Source: Paramoeba atlantica
Taxonomy: Eukaryota; Protista; Discosea
Direction: 5' to 3'
Assembly (NCBI GenBank): GCA_977017575.1
Contig: CDRNVI010000075.1
Location: 1 to 64,000, forward strand
DNA length: 64,000 nt
Within the stretch, counting starts at the first letter, position 1. Each line of letters begins with the position of its first letter. The position numbers and the translations under genes were made by a program. The notes beneath the pieces are model-generated. The model was not told the origin of the DNA. It searched no databases and worked only from the letters and a program-made list of their open reading frames with translations. Positions 32,517 to 42,562 of this stretch are shown piece after piece.

Positions 32517-34976
32517 CTAATTCCTCTCACGAGCTTCCAATCTACTGATAGGGTCCGCTGGGTTATCTTCTGATCTGATATACCTTGCTTTAATGCATAT
32601 TCCCCGTTCCTGGTTCATTAATAAAACTTTCTTAAGTTCTTCAGCAATATTATCTGACTGCGCTAGTTTTCGGTTGAACGCATCCTGACAGGATGTGTTA
32701 TCAATATACAGATCAACACAAGTCCCTTTTTGAAAATGATGGCTAAAATCCTCAAAAGCATGTCGCACGGCCCGCGCTTCAGCATGGTTGACTTCATAAT
32801 TAAAATCCCTGGGCCATGAATCTCCTGTAATACACACTTGTCCGTCATCGAGATACAAAACCGCGCCCCACCCTTTCGAGGAGGGGTCGGTGTATAGGCG
32901 GTGGCGGTGTTCAACCACATCCGGGTGTGGTGGCGCTTTAATCGGTTTATTATCCAATACCTCGTTTCGCCAATCGGCCAAGATAGATCGTGTGGCGACA
33001 GGGAGTGGTACGGGCCGGTCCGCTAAATAAGGACGCCTGTTCAAGAGATTTACTCGACGACGCACGAGTTTTAAAGTGAAATGAAAACGGGGTATTACAT
33101 AACCAAGAACTGCAGATGCATATAGCAGACGCCCCACCGCCGTCTCTAATTGTGCAAAAGTAAGGTTACGAAACTTGTCATTGCGCAGTTTCTGAATCAC
33201 ACGTGGGCCCAGGCATACCTTGTGCGATTCGTGGTTATATTGTACTCCATTAAATATGTAGTGTTGCCTGGGAGCCGTCCCCATTTCTTTAAATATTCCT
33301 CCCGCCTTCCGGCACCGTTCATCAACTTGTCTAACATATTGCCGTGCCTGTTCTTCGCTTCCAGCAAAGCGAATTCCATCAACGTACACGTCGATGCTAC
33401 CGTAAGCCCTTTGAATTTCCGGCTTACAAAACGCGGGATCCCCGGCTATCACAGCCGTTACTGTGTGCATCACTTCTGGCGCACATCTGTGCCCCATGGG
33501 CATTACCGTCATCTGAAACAACTGTCCTGAGCTATCGCGGAACCGAAATTTTGACCGTGATTTCGTGGGAACAGGGATTTGGTAGAAACCGCACTTCAGG
33601 TCTCGTTTAACCCCCCACTCCGCCTCCGCTTGGTGTAAGTATTTGGCAGGATGCAATAATGGAACCTCGGGGGTGTATGCGTGCAGTCGCTCATTGTCTT
33701 GTCTGGTCCACGAGATGAAACGGCGTCGCAAGTTACCACCTTCATCAGATTCAACAACCGTGAAAGGTACTACGTATTGAAGTGTAGGACGTTTGCGTTC
33801 CACCTCTTTCGAAACTGGTTCAATAACTCCAGTGCTCAGTAACTGGGTGATGTCTTCTGAAACAAGGTTACCTAGAACAGGGGGTTCCGCTTGCGGTGAT
33901 AGGTTAGTACACATCAGATTTTGTAGTACTCGTTCAAAACGGTTACGGGCATCATTCCTCATCCATTCTTTAATGGTTTCGACGCTGATCTTGGGAATTT
34001 CATTTTTAACATGAAGGGGTAAGTGCATGTCGGCTTGTTTAGCAAGTCTTGAACTCCGTCGTGCACAAATTATGCTGTATCTCTTGATGTGAGGAATCTG
34101 ATCTAAACATGTATCCACATCGCGCTGCGTTATAGGACTGGAAGTAACTTTGAGGCTCGATGTGTACCTAATGCCTTTGCCGTCGTTACAAGATTCCCGT
34201 TGTACCGCAATAGGCAATTGATATTTTGATGTTTTGCGATGTTTTGCACGTCTGCAAGCGCGACGTTGCCGAGCGCAACTTGTTGAAACAGGTGAGTCAC
34301 CGCGCCCCTTTTGAGCGAGTGTGTCCCGTACCCCGGGCCGAGAGTTCTGCGAATTTTTTGATCCATCTCCCTCACTGTTGTTACTGTCACTGCTTGTCCC
34401 TGCCTCATGTGCTGTACATATCGAGCGATTTCCGCGGTTCCCGGACCCGTGATTGTCGTGCACATGGACACCCGATACGGATTTAATCTTGTCGACTTCG
34501 TGTTGCGGCCCCAATAAACTATCACCTCGGGACTTATTTTGACGAAACGATCTATGACGAGCTCCGCGACCTCGGTCCACCGCGCCGCTGCTTTCCAACA
34601 CAGTAGTATCGCAATTGATTCGCTCTGAGTCACCCTTTGCCTTAGCTTTTTGAGCAACCATGGGGTTATAGGTATCATCTGCTTGATCGGTTCTAACGCC
34701 CCTTTGGCCTGTTGGGCTTTGGCGTATAGCCGAAGGGGCACTGGGTTCGCGTCGTTTGCCAGTTGGAAAAGCGAGTGTAGAGTTCTGGCGTACCCGTGAG
34801 TTGTGGACGGCGCGAGGTTTAGTTTCTCCAGGAACAAAATGGCGTGGGCTGGATCTATGGTTAACTGATTTTGGTCGCAAAATTGCTTCATCCTTGCCCA
34901 TAACCTGACCCGCGTGTTCCACGTGTTGGTAGTCCACATGGGGGCTATCGCGCGACATAGCGGGGAACGGTTGCAC
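32517..34976 (-). CDS. RT-RNase H of YR-1; N-terminal part overlaps YR in another frame
   Basis: KRDLKCGFYQ, MPMGHRCAP, YVDG, YTDPS, NHAEA, IDNTS, NPADPISR. Confidence 0.88.
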   Translation of the reverse strand: MQPFPAMSRDSPHVDYQHVEHAGQVMGKDEAILRPKSVNHRSSPRHFVPGETKPRAVHNSRVRQNSTLAFPTGKRREPSAPSAIRQSPTGQRGVRTDQADDTYNPMVAQKAKAKGDSERINCDTTVLESSGAVDRGRGARHRSFRQNKSRGDSLLGPQHEVDKIKSVSGVHVHDNHGSGNRGNRSICTAHEAGTSSDSNNSEGDGSKNSQNSRPGVRDTLAQKGRGDSPVSTSCARQRRACRRAKHRKTSKYQLPIAVQRESCNDGKGIRYTSSLKVTSSPITQRDVDTCLDQIPHIKRYSIICARRSSRLAKQADMHLPLHVKNEIPKISVETIKEWMRNDARNRFERVLQNLMCTNLSPQAEPPVLGNLVSEDITQLLSTGVIEPVSKEVERKRPTLQYVVPFTVVESDEGGNLRRRFISWTRQDNERLHAYTPEVPLLHPAKYLHQAEAEWGVKRDLKCGFYQIPVPTKSRSKFRFRDSSGQLFQMTVMPMGHRCAPEVMHTVTAVIAGDPAFCKPEIQRAYGSIDVYVDGIRFAGSEEQARQYVRQVDERCRKAGGIFKEMGTAPRQHYIFNGVQYNHESHKVCLGPRVIQKLRNDKFRNLTFAQLETAVGRLLYASAVLGYVIPRFHFTLKLVRRRVNLLNRRPYLADRPVPLPVATRSILADWRNEVLDNKPIKAPPHPDVVEHRHRLYTDPSSKGWGAVLYLDDGQVCITGDSWPRDFNYEVNHAEARAVRHAFEDFSHHFQKGTCVDLYIDNTSCQDAFNRKLAQSDNIAEELKKVLLMNQERGICIKARYIRSEDNPADPISRLEARERN

Positions 34977-35005
34977 TCATTGGTTGAAGTCTTAGAATGG
35001 TACAC
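34130..35005 (-). CDS. Tyrosine recombinase of YR-1
   Basis: R-H-R-H-Y set: AAARW, THSLKRG, AKH, LLRY. The start codon is uncertain (GTG). Confidence 0.88.
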   Translation of the reverse strand: MYHSKTSTNECNRSPLCRAIAPMWTTNTWNTRVRLWARMKQFCDQNQLTIDPAHAILFLEKLNLAPSTTHGYARTLHSLFQLANDANPVPLRLYAKAQQAKGALEPIKQMIPITPWLLKKLRQRVTQSESIAILLCWKAAARWTEVAELVIDRFVKISPEVIVYWGRNTKSTRLNPYRVSMCTTITGPGTAEIARYVQHMRQGQAVTVTTVREMDQKIRRTLGPGYGTHSLKRGAVTHLFQQVALGNVALADVQNIAKHQNINCLLRYNGNLVTTAKALGTHRASKLLPVL

Positions 35006-35360
35006 GCCAAATCCTTTTTGGCCCTCTCGGCATTCTCCCTCCTCTCCTGCACCTTTAGAAGGTTTGTAGTCTGTACTACCACTGGGCGTCGGGTTTTCTG
35101 GGCTACAGGGTTTTGACGTGGTATAACAGAGGCATGGAGAACGATTTTGTAACTGTTTGAAATTGAATGTCTCTATTACACAAGAAATAATATTTGATAT
35201 AATCCGATAAAACTAGAAAATTCAATAATAACTAGATAAATTAAAACATTCTCTCCGATAATTTATTATTAAGATCATAGTAATCATACTATGTGCCCCG
35301 AAGGGCCACCACTCATCACGTATAATAAAAGTCGTCTAAATTTCAAATCGTATACTAATA

Positions 35361-35683
35361 AAAAGTAAAGGTCTTAATAAAAGTAAAGGTCTTAATAAAA
35401 GTAAAGGTCTTAATAAAAGTAAAGGTCTTAATAAAAGTAAAGGTCTTAATAAAAGTAAAGGTCTTAATAAAAGTAAAGGTCTTAATAAAAGTAAAGGTCT
35501 TAATAAAAGTAAAGGTCTTAATAAAAGTAAAGGTCTTAATAAAAGTAAAGGTCTTAATAAAAGTAAAGGTCTTAATAAAAGTAAAGGTCTTAATAAAAGT
35601 AAAGGTCTTAATAAAAGTAAAGGTCTTAATAAAAGTAAAGGTCTTAATAAAGTAAAGGTCTTAATAAAAGTAAAGGTCTTAAT
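35361..35683. repeat. 18-bp satellite, right arm
   Basis: Same unit, with a -1 deletion near 35650; ends at TTAAT. Confidence 0.97.
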
Positions 35684-35811
35684 TTCGGATCGGTAATCAA
35701 GACTAAACCTTCGTCCAACGCCATGTATCGGTGTTGTGTTGTTTTTTTTTGACAAGACTGTTGTCCGAATTATTTTTTGGATAATCAGCTGCCTTTTCGT
35801 TCGTTCTTCTT

Positions 35812-35930
35812 GGCGTTTTTTTTTCACAGCAGGAAGTCACGTAGGATAATGAGAAATGAGAAATGTTCACCTTCCCCCCTTCTCTCAATTTTCGAAGAGA
35901 AACTATCCCAAAAATGATATTATATATTGT
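35812..35930 (-). mobile_element. Family B RLE 3'UTR remnant with A-tail
   Basis: Reverse complement matches the 8450-8500 UTR motif, followed by an A-run (T-run ~35816-35824 on +). Confidence 0.7.
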
Positions 35931-35981
35931 ATTCTATTCTTTTGAATACTTTATATCCTTAATGTTATGTTATGTTATGTT

Positions 35982-38900
35982 GAAATCCACGCCGCGGGGC
36001 ATAATAAATAACATGTATCGAATAGTAAACAAAGAAACAACTAAAATGTATCTGATTGCTCACAAGCCCTATTTCCGAATCTCAAAACATAACATCAACA
36101 TTAAACTGTAAATAATATGTTCTCACGACAATTTTAGGCCTGCAAACATATATGTCACTGTCACTCTGTTAACGGGGTTCCCCCCACCGGAACCCTCGAC
36201 CAAATGGCTGGGGGCTCGGTGGGCGGGCACAAAAACTTTTGAAACGTAAGTAGAAAAAATAGCCTACCAAGAATATAAAGAATGAATAATGAAATTACAA
36301 CACTATTTGAAACAAATCATAATTTGAAGAAATTATGTGCCCCGAAGGGCCAAGCAGGCATAAACAACTCCCTGCCCCGCGGCTAAATTTCCAAACGTGG
36401 ACTATTAGAAATCCACGCCGCGGGGCATAATAAATAACATGTATCGAATAGTAAACAAAGAAACAACTAAAATGTATCTGATTGCTCACAAGCCCTATTT
36501 CCGAATCTCAAAACATAACATCAACATTAAACTGTAAATAATATGTTCTCACGACAATTTTAGGCCTGCAAACATATATGTCACTGTCACTCTGTTAACG
36601 GGGTTCCCCCCACCGGAACCCTCGACCAACCTGCCCGCACACACGTCACACAAAATAAAACCTGTATAAAAATGCCCGGACACATAGTAAATCATATATA
36701 GAAAAGAAATCATAATCAAACCTCACTTACAGAACTCGTACAAGGATAACGATAGCAATAGATGACCAGTCCACTGCCACGCCCTTTACAAGCTCACACG
36801 AGCTACACAGGTTACGCTTTCAACCTCTGCCCATGCACCAACTTGGGACCTAGAAGTGTGGAGCAACTAGGCGTGGTGTACGCCCGTGTCAACAGTGACG
36901 CGGTTAAAAAACATTAAGGCGCTAATCGTAGAATAAAGGAAACCTTTACTCATATTTACCTCACATTGGGGAACCTTGCTTCCGAAAAGGAAACAAGGCG
37001 TGAGAATAAAGCCTGTTAACCGATTAACATCCATAACCTTCCAAAATTATAGGGACAACCTCCATACCCCAGGACCCCGTCCGCTCTTTTTATTTTTTGT
37101 CTTTTAAATAAAGAGAAGAAAGTCTTCAAATTCGCAAACCACTGCTCAGCAGTCTGCAAAACGAAACGCGAAAAGTCAGCGTGCAGTGAAAGCCTCATCC
37201 GCGTCTAAACGTGAGGCAGAGGAAAGAGTTGTTATTCGCCAGAAAGTTACGAGAACTGGCGGTGGAAGGGGGACACCAAAGTAAGTGTGAGTGCTTGCTG
37301 TGTATCTCCGTACGTGTGCTAGAATATGCCTTGAGGAAGTTTTTATATTCCATTACTTTATGCGGTTTGTGTGCTCTAGTATTGGAGGCACAAAAACTCT
37401 GAATTTGGAGGTGATAGAGATGGAAGTGTTTGATGTGAAAGTGCTAAGTATTTTAGCCGACTTTGTCGGTATTTTGGATTGGATTGGATTGGATTGGTGT
37501 AGAGACGATGCTTGTGTGGAACAACATCGGGATGGGGAGGTGGAGACCGTGGAACATTCTCCAACAACTCGTTTCTCCACTCTGCTAGCATGGAGCGAGT
37601 GACGACAGGGAGTGCGACCGGACGGTCACATAACTTCGGGCAACGGTTCAACAAGTTGATACGCCGTTGCGCCACCTTCAAAGCGAAATAAAATCGCGGC
37701 ATATTGAGTCGGAGAACTGCGGAGCCATAAATGAGGCGCCCCACCACCGCCTCTAGGTCAACAAAGGAAATGTTGAAGAAAGAGTCGGCTCGCAGTTTCC
37801 TGATCACTCGCGGCCCCAGGCAGACCGTATACGCGTTATGGTCGAACGCCACCCCATTGAACACGTACTGTGCTACAGGGGGCTGACCCCGATCTTTGAA
37901 AAGACCGTTCGCTTTGTCGCAACGCTCGTCAATGTACTGAGCGTACGTGATGGCCTCGGAGTCGGTTCCTGCAAACCGAACTCCGTCAACATAAACGTCG
38001 ATAGCGCCTCGGTGAAACGAGTAGCGCTGAGAATAAATCGACGCCTCGCCAGCAATCGCGGCGGTAACCGTGTGCATAACCTCCGGTGCACACCTATGGC
38101 CCATCGGGAGGACGTTCATCTCATACACGTCTCCACTGGTCGTTCTAAGGCGGAATTTGGGCCGCGCCCTCTTCGGGATACCAATCTGGTAAAACCCGCA
38201 TGTGAAGTCCCGCTTCACAGCCATCGGCTCGTGCGCCTTATGAAGATACTTGGAGGGATGATATAATGGGACCTTTGGTTCATATGATTTTAATCTATCG
38301 TTATCGTCCCTTGTCCATGAAATAAATCTTCTGCGCTGATTGCCCTCATCATCGGTCTCCACAACCGTGAAGGGAATCATGAACTGCATCGATGGGCGCT
38401 TTCTCAACTCCTGCGCCGGGACCTTAGAGATTATGCCTGCGTCCTCCAACAATCGGACGTCCGCCTCAGGCAATGAACCTTTCACACTAGGTTCGGGGTA
38501 CGGGGCTTTAGGTACCCATAATAATTCATCCACTACCTTGCGAAAACGAGTGGCAGCTGACATACTCATCCACTCCTTAACCTGATCCAAATGGATAACA
38601 GGTATCGACTTCTTAACGTGCAAAGGTAGGTGAGCGTCGTGTGCCTTGGCTAGCCGTGAAGAGCGGCGTGCACAAACAACGGAGTGCCTGCGAAGGTAAG
38701 GCACTTCCTCGAAGCACTTTGCCACGTGCTCCGAGGTTACAGCACTGGGAGACGTGCTGAGACTCTCTGCGTCCCGAGAGCCCTTGCCGTTGTAATACTG
38801 CTTGCGTTGTAGCGCAACAGTGATTCGACGTTGAGGTGTTTCGTGAGGTTCTGGACGTCCTCCATCCTGAGATTCCCGAGGGAGATCTCGTGGAATAGGT

Positions 38901-39518
38901 AAGTAATCGCACCTCTTTTTATGGAATGTGTTCCATACCCGGGACCGAGAAGTTGATTCATCCTGTGGTCCATCTCCCGGACCGTCGTGTAACACAGGCG
39001 TTGGCCTGGTCTCAAACTTCCCACAAACTGAGCCAGTTCGGGTGTTCCGGGGCCAGTCACTATCGCGTAGAGGTACGGCCGGTAAGGATTCAGACGAGTC
39101 GTCTTTGTCCCCCTGCCCCAATAAATGATTACCTCGTGACTGGCCACACTCACGAACTGCTCCCGCCTCAGGTCGGCGGTCTCGGTCCATCTCGCAGCGG
39201 CTTTCCAACACAGGAGGCAACACATGCTCTCCTTTACGTCGAGATGACGTCTCAGCTTCTTTAGAAGAAGTGGCGTGATTGGAAGCATCTGCCGCGTGGG
39301 TTCTAGACCCCCCTGCGCTTGCAGGGCCTTTACGTACGTACAAAAACTTTTGAAACGTAAGTAGAAAAAATAGCCTACCAAGAATATAAAGAATGAATAA
39401 TGAAATTACAACACTATTTGAAACAAATCATAATTTGAAGAAATTATGTGCCCCGAAGGGCCAAGCAGGCATAAACAACTCCCTGCCCCGCGGCTAAATT
39501 TCCAAACGTGGACTATTA
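35982..39518 (-). mobile_element. YR-2: split-direct-repeat YR element; 5'-truncated YR (38737..~39340), RT (to ~37500), RNase H lost
   Basis: A1 39341..39518, B1 36408..36629, A2 36229..36407, B2 35982..36203. AAARW, THSIKRG, YVDG. Confidence 0.9.
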
Positions 39519-39595
39519 ATGTGTTCAGGTTAATACAAAAAAAAACGTTTATAATAATACCAAAGATTTCTAATAGACCGAAACTAAAAACCTGT

Positions 39596-41185
39596 TCAGA
39601 GGCCCAGTTCCTGAGATGTCTCTTGCGTTAGATAATTTTTCAGCTGGGAAAATACCACTGATCCGTTCAACTCTTGAAGGTGCAACGAAAATTCGTTCAA
39701 AGTTTTCCCTCTTTCAAGCCCACAGCAGTCCGCTAGCGTATGCAGAAGGGTCTTGAGCCCTTGATGCATGGCGCCGCCGGAGAGGACTGGGATGCATTTA
39801 AAACGTTCCTGCGGAATCATCCCCGATGCGACGTACGTATTATGTTTCCGTGCGATCGCATCCCTCATTAGGGCCCCACTCCCTCGCCGCAAGTTCGACG
39901 GCGCCAATTCATGGATTACAGTGAGGTCGTAGAAGACTTCACCGGACGCCCAATATATGACTATATCAGGTGGGACCGGTGAAGACTAGCATTTCGGCAG
40001 ATCTGTTGGTGCTCACGTTTGCGCCAATGCGGGAACGACTCCCCGCAAGTGGAGCATTTGTAGGTCGTAAATTGTCGTGGCTCTCGCTCGCATGGTACCC
40101 CAGCCTTCATGCACAGATCGTAAATTCTACGCACCAGCGCATCATGTTTCGTCGTGGCATTGTTTCCAGAGCACTGAACACATCCCGCTATGTGCGAGAG
40201 GGCTGACGAAGACTCAAGAATGACTCGACACCCCGGGCATTGTAAGTTTCCTGGAAGCCGCGGGTGACTGAGACCAAGACGAGGTATAAGTGCCAAGGTG
40301 TAAATTTTGGAAGATACTAGTTTTGCGTTCGACTGTATCCACGATGAATTCCCTTTCTCGCTTGCGGCGCGCAGTAACGACGCGACATTCGGGTCTTTCG
40401 ACAGCGATTCCTTAATTGATTTGTTAAGCTGTGCTTCGGTGACGAATTCGTCGTTAGGGGGGCGGATTGAATCTTCATTTCCTACCGGCGATGGGGATGT
40501 AAGGCCTGTCGCTCGAACTGAAAGTGAATTTAGTCGTTCAAAAGCGTTCTGCCTCGACGCCTCATACGCCGATTTTCGTAGAAGATCCGTGGGCGTCAGC
40601 CCTAAACCTCCACTCTTTACCGGAAGTCGTGCCCACGCGATCTGTTTCGGATTCATTTCTCCGAACCAGGTGGTCAGAACTTCTTGCACCTCTTTGTCGA
40701 AGGATTTCGCCATCTCAAAGGTTTCCTCTGGCCGATGGACTCGTATGTGGTACCTGTGTCTCACATTAACGCATCGCGACAAGAGGAGCATCGAAATGTT
40801 ATTCGCACCCATGGTTTTCAGCCGCCGGAAAATTGCCCGGTGTTTTTCAAGCTTGTTGAGAAGTAATTCGCTGACTCTGGTTGATCCCCCTACATAGGCT
40901 CCTAGAACTTTGACGGCTTTTTCGGCTATCTGAACACCTTCGTTGACTAGTTTCTCGGGTAGTTTGACGCTGTTTAATCCATCAAACCAAACACATTTTT
41001 GCGGCGCAAGTCGGATCGATTTACTTTCCAGGAGCTCCTTGAGACGGACGTATGCAGAGGCGATGAGATCCACATCGTGTGAGGAGATGTTGATGTCATC
41101 GACATAAGCGTATATGTTAAGCGATGGGAATTCCTGCGCGATCGTCTCAAGAATCGGTTGAAGAAATGTACAGAAATACAAGGGG
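39596..41185 (-). pseudogene. Family B RLE fragment (RT C-terminal half to RLE)
   Basis: LYFCTF, AYVDD, GGLGL, CPGC. The C-terminus is in 39596..39907 after a small disruption near 39960. Confidence 0.85.
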
Positions 41186-42562
41186 AGGGGGGGCACTCGA
41201 TGAATATTCATCGAACGGACAGTGCGTTCGATGAATGGATTGCAGTACGACCCGTTCGATGAATCATTCATCGAACAGGATGTCCTGTTCGATGAATGAA
41301 AACGCATTTTTTTTTGTAGAAAAAAAGCTCGTTTCGGTCTGCACCATGCTCCTGGCTGCTACCTTGATCCGTAAGACAAAAACAAATCCGAAACGTTATC
41401 AAAAAGCGGAAGGATTCTTAAAACTATTGCCTCATAAGTTTACAAAGATAAAATCATAACTTACAAATACACAAACCTGCGGAAGTGGCAGACACAGGTC
41501 CTCAGTGCGCGACCCAAAAAATATTGGGTTGGGGGTACGTTCGTTGTACTCAACGAACTGCCGGATTTTCGTTGAGTACTCAACGAACGGAAATTCACGG
41601 TGCAAGTCAAGGACTTTTGCATATGTCAAGGACTTTTGTGGAACACCCAAGAATTTTTTTTGATTTTCATTTTCCGTGCGTTCAGTATCCTACACTTCAC
41701 TATATACGTTGACAACGCCTCCGTAGCGAAAACTACGAAATTCAGTGAGCTTCGCAAATTGCTTCCCACTAACGACGCACAGGGGAATCCTACGCGGGGT
41801 ACGGCTCAGGCCCGCTCACGCGGGCCCTCGCCGTTTCGCGGCCGCGCGCACCCCCGCTCACGCGGGGGCCCCCGCGCGGCCAAAATGGGTACTAAAATTT
41901 GTTATCAAGGTAGCTGGGCTTCGCAAATTGCTTCCCACGAATCTAGAGAGAAGCACACGTACAATAATCTTTAACGATAAAGATACAGTTTCTGTACCTT
42001 GATTATTTACTTTTTTTACCTTTCATGGGAGTGTTCACACGCTCCAAAGCAAAAGAATCAGGAGTAGCTCCTGAGATTTTGCCGCTCCCTCGTGCCCGAT
42101 GGAAAAAGAAGGCCGTGATGCCAACTCATCCGCCCGCCGTGCTAATATACACCACCTCCGCATGGAGCGCGCGGGTCGCCAAAAAATATAATTATGTCCC
42201 AGGGCTACGCTCACAGTTGGGCCTTGCTCGCAAAGGGGGGCTTTTGCCTCCAGAAGCGGGCTACGCTCACAGTTGGGCCTTGCTCGCAGACGGGGGCCTT
42301 GCTTGCACACTTGGGCTTCGCTGACAGTTGGGCCTTGCCTCCAGACATGTAAACGAGATGGTAATGTTCAAATTCCCCCCAAAAAAAATCGAGACGAAAA
42401 ATTCGTGCAGCAGTGCCCGTTGGATGAATGATTCATCGAACGCACTGCCCGTTCGATGAATATTCATCCAACGGGACGCCTGGTCATCGAACGGGACGCC
42501 GTTCAATGAATATTCATCGAACGCACGGTGCGTTCGATGGATTTTCATCGAATGCCCCCCCT
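41186..42562. mobile_element. Non-autonomous TIR element candidate with palindromic subterminal repeats
   Basis: Imperfect ~50-bp inverted termini (AGGGGGGGCAYTCGATGAA...) and clusters of TTCGATGAATATTCATCGAA-like palindromes at both ends. No TSD is visible. Confidence 0.68.

Larger units (their letters stand above)
31541..35360 (-). mobile_element. YR-1: YR retrotransposon with split direct repeats, gag absent, inserted in the satellite
   Basis: A1 35139..35360, B1 32001..32216, A2 31779..32000, B2 31541..31756. YR lies upstream of RT/RNase H. Confidence 0.92.

Noticed and set aside
35139-35360. Hammerhead or HDV ribozyme in the YR terminal repeats
   Set aside because: There is no CUGANGA/GAAA core and no complete nested double pseudoknot.
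41190-41300. CRISPR-like repeat-spacer pattern (also 45261-45459)
   Set aside because: Repeats are palindromic, non-identical and irregularly spaced, the context is eukaryotic, and there are no cas genes.
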